64,000 nucleotides of DNA from Oceanispirochaeta sp. (GTDB taxonomy: Bacteria > Spirochaetota > Spirochaetia > DSM-2461): NCBI GenBank assembly GCA_963663385.2, contig CAXXXD010000002.1, positions 1,216,001 to 1,280,000 of the forward strand, read 5' to 3'. The stretch's first letter is position 1. Each line of letters opens with the position of its first letter. The notes beneath the pieces are model-generated. The model was given only the letters and a program-made list of their open reading frames with translations, made no database searches and had not been told where the DNA came from. Below are positions 1-8,811 of this stretch, piece by piece. The position numbers and the translations under genes were made by a program.

Positions 1-1
1 C

Positions 2-1483
2 ACATGGTCCGGTGCGATCCGGATGGAGTACTTTGTTTTTTATATCTCCCCGGCTGTTTTTGTCCTGTTTTTTAAAAATCTTTTTCCTGATGATATTAAT
101 AAGTGGTTTGCCCGTGTGGTAATCGGAATCAGTCTTGTTTTTTCCACTCTGGTATTCATCTTCAATACAATGATCCTCAGTCATACTGTTACTTTCTACC
201 AGGTCGTGTGGAATATTGAAATTCCCTACTATATCTATTTTATAATAAGAATTGCCCGAAAAAAACGGGCGGGTTCTTCCTATTTTGCACTTGCCACTCT
301 TATCTTTTTTTCCACTGTTGTAATCGAAACCCTGGTTATAAATAAAATCTCCGATCCGATTCGTATCAACTATCTGTATCCCCTGGAGATGATTACATCA
401 TTCGGATTTCTGGCTTATATTTTTGTACAGGCTATCTATCTGGCTTCCCGGTATTCCAGCGCCTTTGCCCGGGCTGAATCTCTGGCTGTAAAATTGAGAG
501 AAACAAACAGGGACCTTGAATACAGTGAAAAAAAATACCGTACCATCTTTGAAGAATCAAAGGATATGATTTTTATTACCGGGGTATTAAGCCGGGTACA
601 GGACTTTAATCCGGTGTGTACCGAGATTCTGGGATATACGAGAGAAGAGCTTCTAAGCTTATTCATGAAAGACATCCTTGCTGAATCTGATGATTTCTAC
701 CGGCTTAAAAATAAAATTATGGAACAGGGGTATATCAAGAATCTTGAGACCATTTTACTCAGTAAAAGCGGAAGACCGGTCAATGTTCTGGTTAATGTGG
801 TTCAAAGAAAAGGTGAGGACGGCCAGTTAAGAAGTTTTCAGTGGGTCGCCAAAGATATAACAGCCATGAAACAGGCTGAAGCTGAAAGACTGCGGGCTCA
901 GGAATTTGAACAGATGTCCATTACAGATCCGCTGACAAAAATCCATAACAGACGTTTTTTCAATGAAGCCATAAAAAAGGAAGAAGCCCGGACCAGAAGA
1001 ATTTTTAAACCCTTGTCCGTTATAATTTTTGATATAGATAACTTCAAAACGGTGAATGATACATTCGGACATTTTATCGGAGATCAGGTCCTTCAAAAAC
1101 TGGCTGCCCTTTGCAGGGATACAATGAGGGACAGTGATCTGTTTGCCCGTTTCGGAGGGGAAGAGTTCATAATCCTGACACCTGAAACGGATTCTCATAC
1201 TGCTATGGATATCGCAGAAAGGTTACGTGCCGTTGTTAATGAAACCATAATGGCTCGCTGTAATGAAGGCGATATCCTGATTTCTATCAGTCTGGGGGTC
1301 GCCAGCTGGAACCCTGCCGAATCTCCTGATATTTCAGCTGTACTGGATAGAGCTGACCGGGCACTGTATGACGCCAAGAACACAGGAAGAAACAAGGCTG
1401 TGCTCTGGGAGGATTTGGGTAATAAAGGGATGGTAATAAAGGGACGGAGGATTAATTTTATAGAAACTGAATCAGCCTTGTAA
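2..1483 (+). CDS. Membrane-anchored PAS-GGDEF diguanylate cyclase (7TM-DISM-like membrane region), 5' partial
   Basis: Frame open from base 2; several hydrophobic segments, then PAS (SEKKYRTIFEES...DIT), TDPLT, DIDNFK, RFGGEEF, ALYDAKNTGRN. Confidence 0.9.
   Translation, partial: TWSGAIRMEYFVFYISPAVFVLFFKNLFPDDINKWFARVVIGISLVFSTLVFIFNTMILSHTVTFYQVVWNIEIPYYIYFIIRIARKKRAGSSYFALATLIFFSTVVIETLVINKISDPIRINYLYPLEMITSFGFLAYIFVQAIYLASRYSSAFARAESLAVKLRETNRDLEYSEKKYRTIFEESKDMIFITGVLSRVQDFNPVCTEILGYTREELLSLFMKDILAESDDFYRLKNKIMEQGYIKNLETILLSKSGRPVNVLVNVVQRKGEDGQLRSFQWVAKDITAMKQAEAERLRAQEFEQMSITDPLTKIHNRRFFNEAIKKEEARTRRIFKPLSVIIFDIDNFKTVNDTFGHFIGDQVLQKLAALCRDTMRDSDLFARFGGEEFIILTPETDSHTAMDIAERLRAVVNETIMARCNEGDILISISLGVASWNPAESPDISAVLDRADRALYDAKNTGRNKAVLWEDLGNKGMVIKGRRINFIETESAL
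1441..1459 (+). repeat. Left inverted motif flanking RAYT (GGGACGGAGGattaatttt)
   Basis: Reverse complement of 2226-2244 (aaaatcaaaCCTCCGTCCC) with 2 mismatches. Confidence 0.75.
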
Positions 1484-1503
1484 TAATGACTGTTTCTACA
1501 GGT

Positions 1504-2001
1504 ATGAGAAAAGCAAGAATTATCCAGGAAGGCGCGACCTACCATGTAACGGGAAAGACCAATAGAGGCGAGTTTATCCTCTACTCCGATGAAGTTAAGG
1601 ATCTGTTTTTATCGGTGATCAGAGAGGCAAAGAATAAGTATGATTTCAAACTGATCAATTTCTGTATTATGAGCAATCATTTTCATCTGCTCATTGAACC
1701 AGGCCGAGGTACAAACCTTTCGAAGCTTATGCAGTGGATTTTGAGTGTTTTTGCCATAAGATTTAATAAAATCTATAAATTGATTGGTCATGTATGGTAC
1801 GACCGGTTTAAAAGCGTAATCGTCAGAACGTTTCAACACTATGTAAATGCCTTTCACTATATTTCTGACAATCCTGTAAAAGCTGGAATCTGTAAAAATG
1901 CCGGGGACTATTATTACAGCGGGTTATATGAATTAAAGAGACAAATCCGGAGGGTAATAAGCCCTCCGGATGACTGGATTAAACTGATAATCAGATTTTG
2001 A
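1504..2001 (+). mobile_element. REP-associated tyrosine transposase (RAYT, IS200-like Y1 HUH family)
   Basis: YHVT..N, FCIMSNHFHLL (HUH), GHVWYDRFKS, YISDNPVKAG motifs; MRKAR start at 1504 (alternative ATG 1486). Confidence 0.9.
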
Positions 2002-2140
2002 TAGAACACGCGTTTGCTATATATAAATCTCAATACTTTTCTTTATGGGAAGTATATCCTTTGAGTTGAAGAAATCGTATAAATAACCGGATTGATCATG
2101 GTAAAATCCAGATAATAGCGGTATTCAATTCAAATCATGT

Positions 2141-2247
2141 ACTTACTGTTAAATAATACTGATAAGGAATGCCATTTATGCCTGTATCTCTTATGATTTT
2201 CATGTAAAAAAGCCGTAATAAAGAGAAAATCAAACCTCCGTCCCCTG
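2141..2247 (+). repeat. RAYT right-end repeat, copy 1 (~100 bp imperfect direct repeat with 8812-8909)
   Basis: acttactgttaaataatactgataag ... attttcatgtaaaaaagccgtaataaagagaaaatcaaacctccgtcccctg. Confidence 0.85.
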
Positions 2248-2395
2248 ATCTTAACAATAAAATAGTATTGCCTAACAATCTTATTTCATGCTAATTATAA
2301 GTTGGTAAAAAATAAACACGGATAAAAAATGTCAACACTTATTAATTTCTAATGTTATTAGATAGGTTTTGTACATTTTTGATGTAGGGGACAAT

Positions 2396-3148
2396 ATGAG
2401 AAAAATAGCCCTGTACGGAAAGGGGGGGATCGGAAAATCCACTGTAACCAGTTCTCTTGCTGCGGCCATTGCAAGCAAGGGATACCGGGTTATGCAGATT
2501 GGTTGTGATCCTAAAGCGGATTCCACATTGAATCTAACCGGCGGGAAGGAAACTGTATCTGTCATCCAGTATTTACAGGACCATGGAGGATGTGACGCGC
2601 TGGATGAAATTGCCAATATAGGTTTCAAAAATATTGTCTGTTTTGAAGCAGGAGGGCCTACTCCCGGTATAGGCTGTGCCGGTCGGGGAATTGTCACAAC
2701 TTTTGAACTGCTTGACGAACTGGAGGCATTTGATGTCTATCAGCCCGATTTTGTCTTTTATGATGTTCTGGGCGATGTGGTCTGCGGGGGATTCGCCATG
2801 CCGATGAGAAACGGTTATGCCGATGAAGTTGTGATTGTCACCTCGGGAGAAAAAATGGCGCTTTTTGCTGCCGGGAACATCCAGACTGCGGTTGAAAATT
2901 TCCGGGAACGGAACGGCGTTGAACTTCTAGGGGTCATTTTGAACAAACGGAATGTGGCCGATGAAGAACAAATTGTCCGGGATTTTGTAAAGCAGAGCGG
3001 TACGGAACTGATTGGAATCGTTGAAAGGGACGGTAATATCCAAACCTATGAAAACCGCTGTCAGACTGTAATCCAGGGCGATCCTACCCTGCCCATTTCC
3101 CTCAACTTCATGGAGATCGCTGATCGGATTATCGGAGACAAATCATGA
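2396..3148 (+). CDS. Nitrogenase iron protein-like ATPase/reductase (NifH/BchL/CfbC family, group IV-like)
   Basis: YGKGGIGKS, GCDPKADST, EAGGPTPGIGCAGRG, YDVLGDVVCGGFAMP; ATG 2396 after GTAGGGG. Confidence 0.93.
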   Translation: MRKIALYGKGGIGKSTVTSSLAAAIASKGYRVMQIGCDPKADSTLNLTGGKETVSVIQYLQDHGGCDALDEIANIGFKNIVCFEAGGPTPGIGCAGRGIVTTFELLDELEAFDVYQPDFVFYDVLGDVVCGGFAMPMRNGYADEVVIVTSGEKMALFAAGNIQTAVENFRERNGVELLGVILNKRNVADEEQIVRDFVKQSGTELIGIVERDGNIQTYENRCQTVIQGDPTLPISLNFMEIADRIIGDKS

Positions 3149-4455
3149 CGGACGAATCTTCTCTCTACACGATTCCCGTTACACGCCTTATGGAAGAAAC
3201 GGAGAAAAGGAATTATCGGATCAACAGAGAAAGTTTTCCCCATTACTGCCCTCCCGGAGCGGGACATTGGGGGATGGTGAAAATGGCCTTTCAGGTTCCG
3301 GACGTTGCAGTAGTATTCGTTATCCCCATGGGCTGTGGCAGGCATGGAGGTATTGCTAACATGATGGACGGACTTCAGGGGATTCTGGCTTATCTGCCAA
3401 TAGCCGAAGTCGATATTGTCACGGGAGAGCATCTTCAGAAAACCGAAGATGCTCTGGCAGAACTGATTGAAGAGGATTCCCCCAAGGGGATTCTGCTGTT
3501 TACGACCTGTATTGACGAACTGCTGGGTTCGGATTTTGACAGTGTTATGGAACGTACGGAACAACAATACGGGATTCCTGTCAGGCGGGCCAAGATGAAT
3601 CCTTTAATGATGCTCTCCAGAAAATCGCCAGATTTGATGATCTATGTTTCCATGCATGATTTTCTGATTCCCGCAGAAAAAGAAGAAACCCTTTACAATC
3701 TTATCGGAACACCCTGCCCGGTAGATTCTGAATCGGAGCTGTATTGCCTGATAGAAAATGCCGGGTTCCAGCCCCTGCAGCATATTGCCGGTTTCAGGGA
3801 TTTTGAATCCCACTATTCCATGGGACGGGCCAGGGGGAATCTGCTTATCGGGATTGCCGGTATCCGGGCTGTGGAACACCTGGAAAAGAAGCTGGGTCAG
3901 TCCTGGATTGCTGTTTACGGCCTGTTCCGTCCTGAAGGGATTGCTGAGAATTACCAGGCCATGGAATCCTATCTCGGATGTGCTCTGGACTGGCAGCCTT
4001 ACGAAGAGGAACTTCATGTCTTTCTGGAGCAGGTCCGTCCGGCTCTGAAAGGAAAAACCTGTGTAATAGGAACAACATTGCAGGCCGCCCCTTTTGAATT
4101 AGCCCGTTTTCTAACGGAAATGGGGATGGAGGTCCGCTATATTACCGCCGGTTTAGTGCGTCCCTACGAACGGAAACACATGTCCTGGCTGGAAGAAAAG
4201 TCCCCGCAGATCAAAGTTATTCCCAGCGTGGATCCTTCACTCTCCATGACCGGAGGAATAGTGGATACGGTGGACTTCGGTTTCGGTCTGGATACTCCGG
4301 CCTATTTTAAAATTGGCAGTCTGGTAGATATTTCCGTTGATGATAACCTTTACGGATTCAGTGGAACGAGAAAGCTGATAGAGAAGATTCTGACCGCAGA
4401 ATCCTTTACCAAAACAATTAAAGAACACGTTTACAGCCTAAGCCTGGTTGTCTAG
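3145..4455 (+). CDS. Nitrogenase component-1 type oxidoreductase, alpha-like (NifD/BchN-like) subunit
   Basis: Three spaced Cys (HYCPP, PMGCGRH, TTCIDELLGSD), EVDIVTG motif; ATGA overlap with the nifH-like gene. Confidence 0.85.
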   Translation: MTDESSLYTIPVTRLMEETEKRNYRINRESFPHYCPPGAGHWGMVKMAFQVPDVAVVFVIPMGCGRHGGIANMMDGLQGILAYLPIAEVDIVTGEHLQKTEDALAELIEEDSPKGILLFTTCIDELLGSDFDSVMERTEQQYGIPVRRAKMNPLMMLSRKSPDLMIYVSMHDFLIPAEKEETLYNLIGTPCPVDSESELYCLIENAGFQPLQHIAGFRDFESHYSMGRARGNLLIGIAGIRAVEHLEKKLGQSWIAVYGLFRPEGIAENYQAMESYLGCALDWQPYEEELHVFLEQVRPALKGKTCVIGTTLQAAPFELARFLTEMGMEVRYITAGLVRPYERKHMSWLEEKSPQIKVIPSVDPSLSMTGGIVDTVDFGFGLDTPAYFKIGSLVDISVDDNLYGFSGTRKLIEKILTAESFTKTIKEHVYSLSLVV

Positions 4456-4464
4456 GAGAATTAT

Positions 4465-5616
4465 ATGAAAGGATTGATGCGTCATCTACCTCCTTTGGCG
4501 CCCGATTATTCCGGGGCCGTTTCGGTACTCTTTACTCTGGGGGGAGGAATAATTATCAATGGAGCCGACGGGTGTATCGGAAATGTTACAGGTTATGATG
4601 AACCCCGTTTCTTCGATCACCCTGTCCATATTTATAGTTCCGGGCTCAGGGAGATTAAAGCTGTAGCCGGTGATGAAGAAGTACTCCAGCGTAAGGTGGA
4701 AAATTCCGTGGGCGACAAGGATGTGCCCTTTATTGTATTACTGGGAACTCCCAATTCGGCAGTTATAGCCAGTGATCACCGGGGGGTCGCAAATATCTTG
4801 CGGAAAGGCCGCAGGATTCCTGTTTTAACCGTCAACACCACAGGAATCGATACATATGAAATCGGCGCTGCTAATGCCTACCTGGAACTTGCCAAAACCT
4901 TTTCCGAACCCATGGATGAACAATCGGGAATAAATATCATTGGCGCTTCCCCTATGGATTACTGGAGCTCTCGGCAGGTTGACGCCATGACGGAAGCCCT
5001 GGCCGGACAGGGAATCCATGTCCGGTCTGTCTGGGGAGCCGATAACTCCCTGGATAATATCCGTCGGTCTGCCGGTGCAAAAGCAAATCTGGTAGTATCC
5101 TGGTCGGGATTAAAAGCGGCTCGATGGATGGAGCGGCGCTATAAGATTCCTTTTGTTACCGGTGTTCCTCTGGGCAGGCAGTTAACAGAGGAATTATCAT
5201 ATGAATTAATGCATCTGGGTTCTGAAAGGCCGAAGAAAAGAAATCTCTTGAACGAAAGAAGAATGCCATCGGATTCACGGCAGGAACGGGTTCTGGTGAT
5301 TGGTGATCAGATCTGGGCTGATTCAGTCCGCCGGTATCAGCAATTGGAGCAGAACCGGAACGATGTCTACACAGCCAGCTTCTTTTCCCTTCATAAGTCA
5401 TTGAAGGGAGACAGGGATTTTTTTATTGAATCGGAAAAGCATCTGAAAGAACTGATAGCCGATTTAAAACCGGATATCCTCATGGCTGATCCATTATGTC
5501 AAATTTTTCTGGAAGATGAAAAAACGGAATTTGTCGCCCTGCCTCATCTGGCCGTTTCCAGCAGGCTTCACTGGGACCATGATCGTTGCTATACCGGATT
5601 AAATCCCGATTTTTAA
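4465..5616 (+). CDS. Nitrogenase component-1 type oxidoreductase, beta-like (NifK/BchB/BchZ-like) subunit
   Basis: PPLAPDYSGA, GADGCIGN, SGLRE..AVAGDEE, INIIGASP, A.ANLVVS..G..AARWME..Y.IPFV.G.P; AGGAG RBS. Confidence 0.85.
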   Translation: MKGLMRHLPPLAPDYSGAVSVLFTLGGGIIINGADGCIGNVTGYDEPRFFDHPVHIYSSGLREIKAVAGDEEVLQRKVENSVGDKDVPFIVLLGTPNSAVIASDHRGVANILRKGRRIPVLTVNTTGIDTYEIGAANAYLELAKTFSEPMDEQSGINIIGASPMDYWSSRQVDAMTEALAGQGIHVRSVWGADNSLDNIRRSAGAKANLVVSWSGLKAARWMERRYKIPFVTGVPLGRQLTEELSYELMHLGSERPKKRNLLNERRMPSDSRQERVLVIGDQIWADSVRRYQQLEQNRNDVYTASFFSLHKSLKGDRDFFIESEKHLKELIADLKPDILMADPLCQIFLEDEKTEFVALPHLAVSSRLHWDHDRCYTGLNPDF

Positions 5617-5623
5617 TCCTCTG

Positions 5624-5701
5624 AACATCTGTAATCCCTCAGATGTTTCTTTATAGGGAGAGAATAGCGGGGATCTCCAAAATATCGGCAGATTCCCCGC
5701 T
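5624..5701. terminator. Two hairpins between convergent operons (probable terminators)
   Basis: aacatctg/cagatgtt (5624-5647) and agcgggga/tccccgct (5666-5701). Confidence 0.45.
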
Positions 5702-5754
5702 CTTCCAACGACCTGTAACCGCTTTAGCTTGAGTAAATCGGAAGAGCTTTCCGT

Positions 5755-6501
5755 TTATCCGAATACTGGTATGATCGCCTGACGCACCGACATTTCATGC
5801 TCGAAGTTTAACTTTCTGATTTCCAATTCGTACAGGCGGCGCAGACTTTCGTCACTCAATGATTTCTCTGCTTTATCAAATATATATTTGCCGGAAGAAT
5901 ACATTAGAAGCGCTTTATCTGCGGCGAATACGGCCTGGTTCGGGGAATGAGTGGTAAATAGTACGGTCATACCCTCCTTCCTGCTCAGGCGGACAAGAGT
6001 CTGCAGAACTTTATTCTGATTCTTGAAGTCGAGAGCTGAAGTCGGTTCATCCAGAATCAGAATGGAACAATCCGAGGCCAGAGCCCGGGCAATGAGTATC
6101 ATCTGCCTCTCTCCGCCGCTTATTTCAGTGAAAGAACGGTTTCTGAATTCAGACAGCCCCAGTTTTTCAAGAATTGCTTCCGCAATTTCGTAGTCCCGTC
6201 TCCCGGGAGATGAAAAGGGAGCAATATGACGGGCTCGTCCCATTACCACCATATCCAGGGTGGAATAGGCAAAGGTGGATGTCACCTGCTGTGGGACATA
6301 ACCTGCGGCTCCTCCTAAAGTAACAGATCCACAGGATAGAGGAAGAATTCCCAGTAAGCACTTGAGCAACGTGGTTTTTCCCGTTCCGTTCCTGCCTAAA
6401 ATAGCCCCGATTTCTCCTTTTTCCAGGTGAAAGGACAGATCTTTGAATAAAGAATCTCCTTCAGGGGAGTAGGAAAAACGGATATCCTTTCCCTTAACCA
6501 T
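5755..6501 (-). CDS. Metal-chelate (Fe-siderophore/cobalamin/heme) ABC transporter ATP-binding protein, FecE/BtuD-like
   Basis: GRNGTGKTT, ISGGERQ, LILDEPTSALD, TTH; ATG 6501 overlaps the permease stop. Confidence 0.92.
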   Translation of the reverse strand: MVKGKDIRFSYSPEGDSLFKDLSFHLEKGEIGAILGRNGTGKTTLLKCLLGILPLSCGSVTLGGAAGYVPQQVTSTFAYSTLDMVVMGRARHIAPFSSPGRRDYEIAEAILEKLGLSEFRNRSFTEISGGERQMILIARALASDCSILILDEPTSALDFKNQNKVLQTLVRLSRKEGMTVLFTTHSPNQAVFAADKALLMYSSGKYIFDKAEKSLSDESLRRLYELEIRKLNFEHEMSVRQAIIPVFG

Positions 6502-7522
6502 TGCCCCATCCTTTGCCGCCGGTTTTTTTGAGAAGATAGGCAAAAAGGGGCGCTCCGATGATTGCCGTGATAATGCCTATGGGGATTTCAGCCGGTGTGG
6601 CGGCACGAGCCAGATTATCAATCCACAAAAGGTAAGTCCCGCCGATAAGAGCCGACGCGGGGAGCATCCGCCGATGATCGGGACCGACCAGCATCCTGGC
6701 GATATGGGGAACGACCAGTCCGACCCACCCGATGATTCCAGCCACGGAAACGACAGCCGAAGCGATAATCGCCACAGCAGTTAAGGCCAATCCCCTGATC
6801 TTTGCAGGATTGATCCCTATGGCCAGGGAGTCTTCGTCTCCCAGGCTAAGGATATTGATGCGGAAACGGAGCAGCATAAGAAATAGCATCCCCGTAATAA
6901 TAGGAGCCAGAGCGATAAGAAGCTGTTTATATGTGGCAGAGGAAAAGCTGCCCATAAGCCATATCACAATAGCCGGAAGCTTATCATAAGGATCAGCGGT
7001 ATATTTCATAAGCGATGTTAATGCTGTGAAGAAAGCGTTGGCAATAACTCCCGCTAATACAAGCATGAGGATGGAAGATCTTTTTCCGGAGCGGCCGATC
7101 CCGCAGACTAGAAGCAGGGATAAGATACCAAAGGCAAAGGCCAAACCCATCGTTGCAATTTGCGAATTCAGCAAAGAAATCGCCAGGGCGCCTCCGAAGC
7201 CGCTTCCCGATGTTACACCGATTACCTGGGGACTAACCAGAGGATTTTTAAATATCCCCTGAAGGGCTGCCCCCGCCATGGCAAGGGAGGCTCCGGAAAG
7301 AAGAGCCAGGGCCGCTCTGGGCATTCTTATTAATGTAACAACCCGAAAGTCCGTACTGCTCCAGAAAGAATCAATCGGGATCAGGAAAGATGAGAGGATC
7401 CCCAGAACTTTATGCGGCGAAACACGATACCTCCCGATCCCCAGGGAAAGAACTACCGAGATTATGAGTAGAATAAACAATAACACTGTCAACGAGGGAA
7501 ATCCTGTCTTTTTCATTTTCAT
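6494..7522 (-). CDS. FecCD/BtuC family ABC permease
   Basis: IRMPR, GAALQGIFKNPLVSP..IGV..G, GIIGWVGLVVPHIAR, EIPIGIITAIIGAP. Confidence 0.93.
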   Translation of the reverse strand: MKMKKTGFPSLTVLLFILLIISVVLSLGIGRYRVSPHKVLGILSSFLIPIDSFWSSTDFRVVTLIRMPRAALALLSGASLAMAGAALQGIFKNPLVSPQVIGVTSGSGFGGALAISLLNSQIATMGLAFAFGILSLLLVCGIGRSGKRSSILMLVLAGVIANAFFTALTSLMKYTADPYDKLPAIVIWLMGSFSSATYKQLLIALAPIITGMLFLMLLRFRINILSLGDEDSLAIGINPAKIRGLALTAVAIIASAVVSVAGIIGWVGLVVPHIARMLVGPDHRRMLPASALIGGTYLLWIDNLARAATPAEIPIGIITAIIGAPLFAYLLKKTGGKGWGNG

Positions 7523-7561
7523 CTCTGTCGCTGTTTTCCTGGCTTAACCCTGAACGGATTA

Positions 7562-8689
7562 TTATTTAAACATTTCGTAACTGGAGGAATCTCCGTTAAG
7601 ATCGATACGGAGAATGGAGTCCAATTGAGAATCGGATGGGACTTTCCCGTAAATCCATTTGTAATTACTTCTGATTTCTTCACGGATGTCCCAGCTGAAA
7701 CGGGACGGATGATTGACCATGGTCATCCATTTCCACATTAGGGGAGATTCCTGATTAGGGGGATCCCAGCGATACCCTCCCAGGGGAAGTTTATAAACTT
7801 TCCGTTCCTTCACAGCACTGACATCGGCCAGTTTGGGATTACTGTAGACGTCCTCGGGAGTCAAACTGGATTCAAATCCGTTTAAATAGATAATTTGAGG
7901 ATCCCAGGATATTATCTGTTCTTCGTTCACTTCGGTGAAGCCTTTAACATCCGCCGCTACGTTGGTTCCTCCGGTAAAGTTCAGGTAGAAATCATTATAT
8001 GTTCCCGATCCTGCAACCATCCTGGAAGAAAGGTAACGGAGAAAATAGAGTACCCGTGGTTTTTCTTCTGTTGGAATGGTATGGGTCAATCCATTGATTT
8101 CATCTAAGCTCTCTTTATGCCAATCGATGATTTTCCGGGCTTTTTCTTCCTTTCCGAGAATCTTTCCAAAGGAAGTAATCCAGCTTTCCAGATCTTCCTG
8201 GGTTCCGTACATTAAGAGAAAAGTGGTCAATCCCGCATTTTCAAGAGGTCCGATGACATTTACTCCCAGATGCCCCCATTGAAAAACAAGATCCGGGTTT
8301 ATAGTAAGCAGTGATTCTATGTTCGGAACAAAACCGTCACCCACAACATCGGAGTTGATATTCAGAGCTTCGGGGAAAAAGTCACCCAGTATGCCTTCAG
8401 CAAGGGCTGCTTTAGAAGACGAGTGCATTCCGGCAAGATGATCGGTTCCACCGTCAACGGCTATCATCAGACTGGCCGCGGGTATCGGGATTGTGACAAT
8501 ACTGTTGATCGGCTTTGGGATTATTACGGTTCTACCAGTCTGGTCTGTAAGTTCAAATGAAGAGGTGGTTGCCGCCTCTTCCGGCTGTGTCTCCCGGGAT
8601 CCCGTGCACCAGAGTCCGGTATTCAGACCCAGTAAAAGAAGGGAAAGCAAAAGAAATCTTGATGCGGCATTGTTAATCTGTTGTTTCAT
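7562..8689 (-). CDS. Class III (Fe-chelate/cobalamin) ABC substrate-binding protein
   Basis: Signal peptide, TDQTGRTVIIP, PNIESLLTINPDLV, V.EEQIISWDPQII, VSAVKERKVY. Confidence 0.9.
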   Translation of the reverse strand: MKQQINNAASRFLLLSLLLLGLNTGLWCTGSRETQPEEAATTSSFELTDQTGRTVIIPKPINSIVTIPIPAASLMIAVDGGTDHLAGMHSSSKAALAEGILGDFFPEALNINSDVVGDGFVPNIESLLTINPDLVFQWGHLGVNVIGPLENAGLTTFLLMYGTQEDLESWITSFGKILGKEEKARKIIDWHKESLDEINGLTHTIPTEEKPRVLYFLRYLSSRMVAGSGTYNDFYLNFTGGTNVAADVKGFTEVNEEQIISWDPQIIYLNGFESSLTPEDVYSNPKLADVSAVKERKVYKLPLGGYRWDPPNQESPLMWKWMTMVNHPSRFSWDIREEIRSNYKWIYGKVPSDSQLDSILRIDLNGDSSSYEMFK

Positions 8690-8811
8690 GATTGACTCCT
8701 GTTTTTCTGTAAGTTAGCTAAAGCAAATAATATTTGTATTAACTACATTAATGAATTAAAATGTCAAGACAATTGGAATGATTAAATAATGAAAGTAGAA
8801 ACGCATTTTAA

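Noticed and set aside
2396..5616. Calling the cluster true nifHDK (nitrogen fixation)
   Set aside because: Subunits are short, lack the 3+3 P-cluster Cys and FeMoco ligand motifs, and no nifB/E/N genes are in the window.
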